Source: Fistulifera solaris
Taxonomy: Eukaryota
Length of the DNA stretch: 64,000 nt
Assembly: GCA_030295235.1 (NCBI GenBank)
Contig: AP026126.1
Location: 744,001 to 808,000 of the forward strand
Direction of reading: 5' to 3'
Each line of letters begins with the position of its first letter. The stretch's first letter is position 1. Shown one piece after another: positions 63,782 through 64,000 of the stretch. The notes below the pieces were generated by a model. The model saw only the letters and a list, made by a program, of their open reading frames with translations, searched no databases and was not told the DNA's origin. The translations under genes and the position numbers were made by a program.

Positions 63782-64000
63782 ATCGAAATCACGTTGATTG
63801 GAAACCCTTTTTTATAATGAAGAAGAGGCCAAAGTGGTCGGTGGGCGGGGCGCCGTCGATTGTATTTAGTGAGCTTTCTATTTTCCCATCTGCCTTTTCC
63901 CAATCAGTTTCCTCCAGCAAAGACGAAGCACCTCCCATTTTCGCAATCACCGGGCCTCCGATTCATTCGACATTGCTGACACTTCGACTTTATTCATTCG

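Overview
Gene-dense eukaryotic nuclear DNA, most likely from a pennate diatom (inference). The evidence is bipartite signal peptide + 'SAF/AF' plastid presequences, short GT-AG introns, a diatom-type PsbW and two HSF genes. There are about 30 protein genes, mostly housekeeping (TBC GAP, plastid NDK and TPI, CPSF1, OGFOD1/TPA1, SDH1, NBS1, MutS2-like, TRAP1, SF3A3, UTP21, syntaxin-5), plus one ~4 kb CRE-type non-LTR retrotransposon. Many essential genes are broken by 1-bp indels in homopolymers, so frameshifts here are best read as long-read assembly errors rather than pseudogenes. The most interesting items are: (1) a plastid-targeted multidomain protein joining two I29-propeptide-like domains, a coiled coil, ~9 short '[TS]xSLF' motifs in a Pro/Lys-rich linker and a C-terminal domain resembling diatom pyrenoid Shell/PyShell domains; (2) a secreted two-domain protein with four invariant QPDCRLCPNDDD peptides, lying between two paralogous SDR genes, one of which carries a Tat-like lumen signal; (3) a CRE retroelement with an N-terminal CXC domain, an acidic RT insertion and an apparent IADD catalytic motif; (4) a palindromic TACC(W)GGTA motif seen only in intergenic DNA. 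No tRNA, rRNA or CRISPR array was recognised. All family assignments are from recalled motifs; no searches were run.
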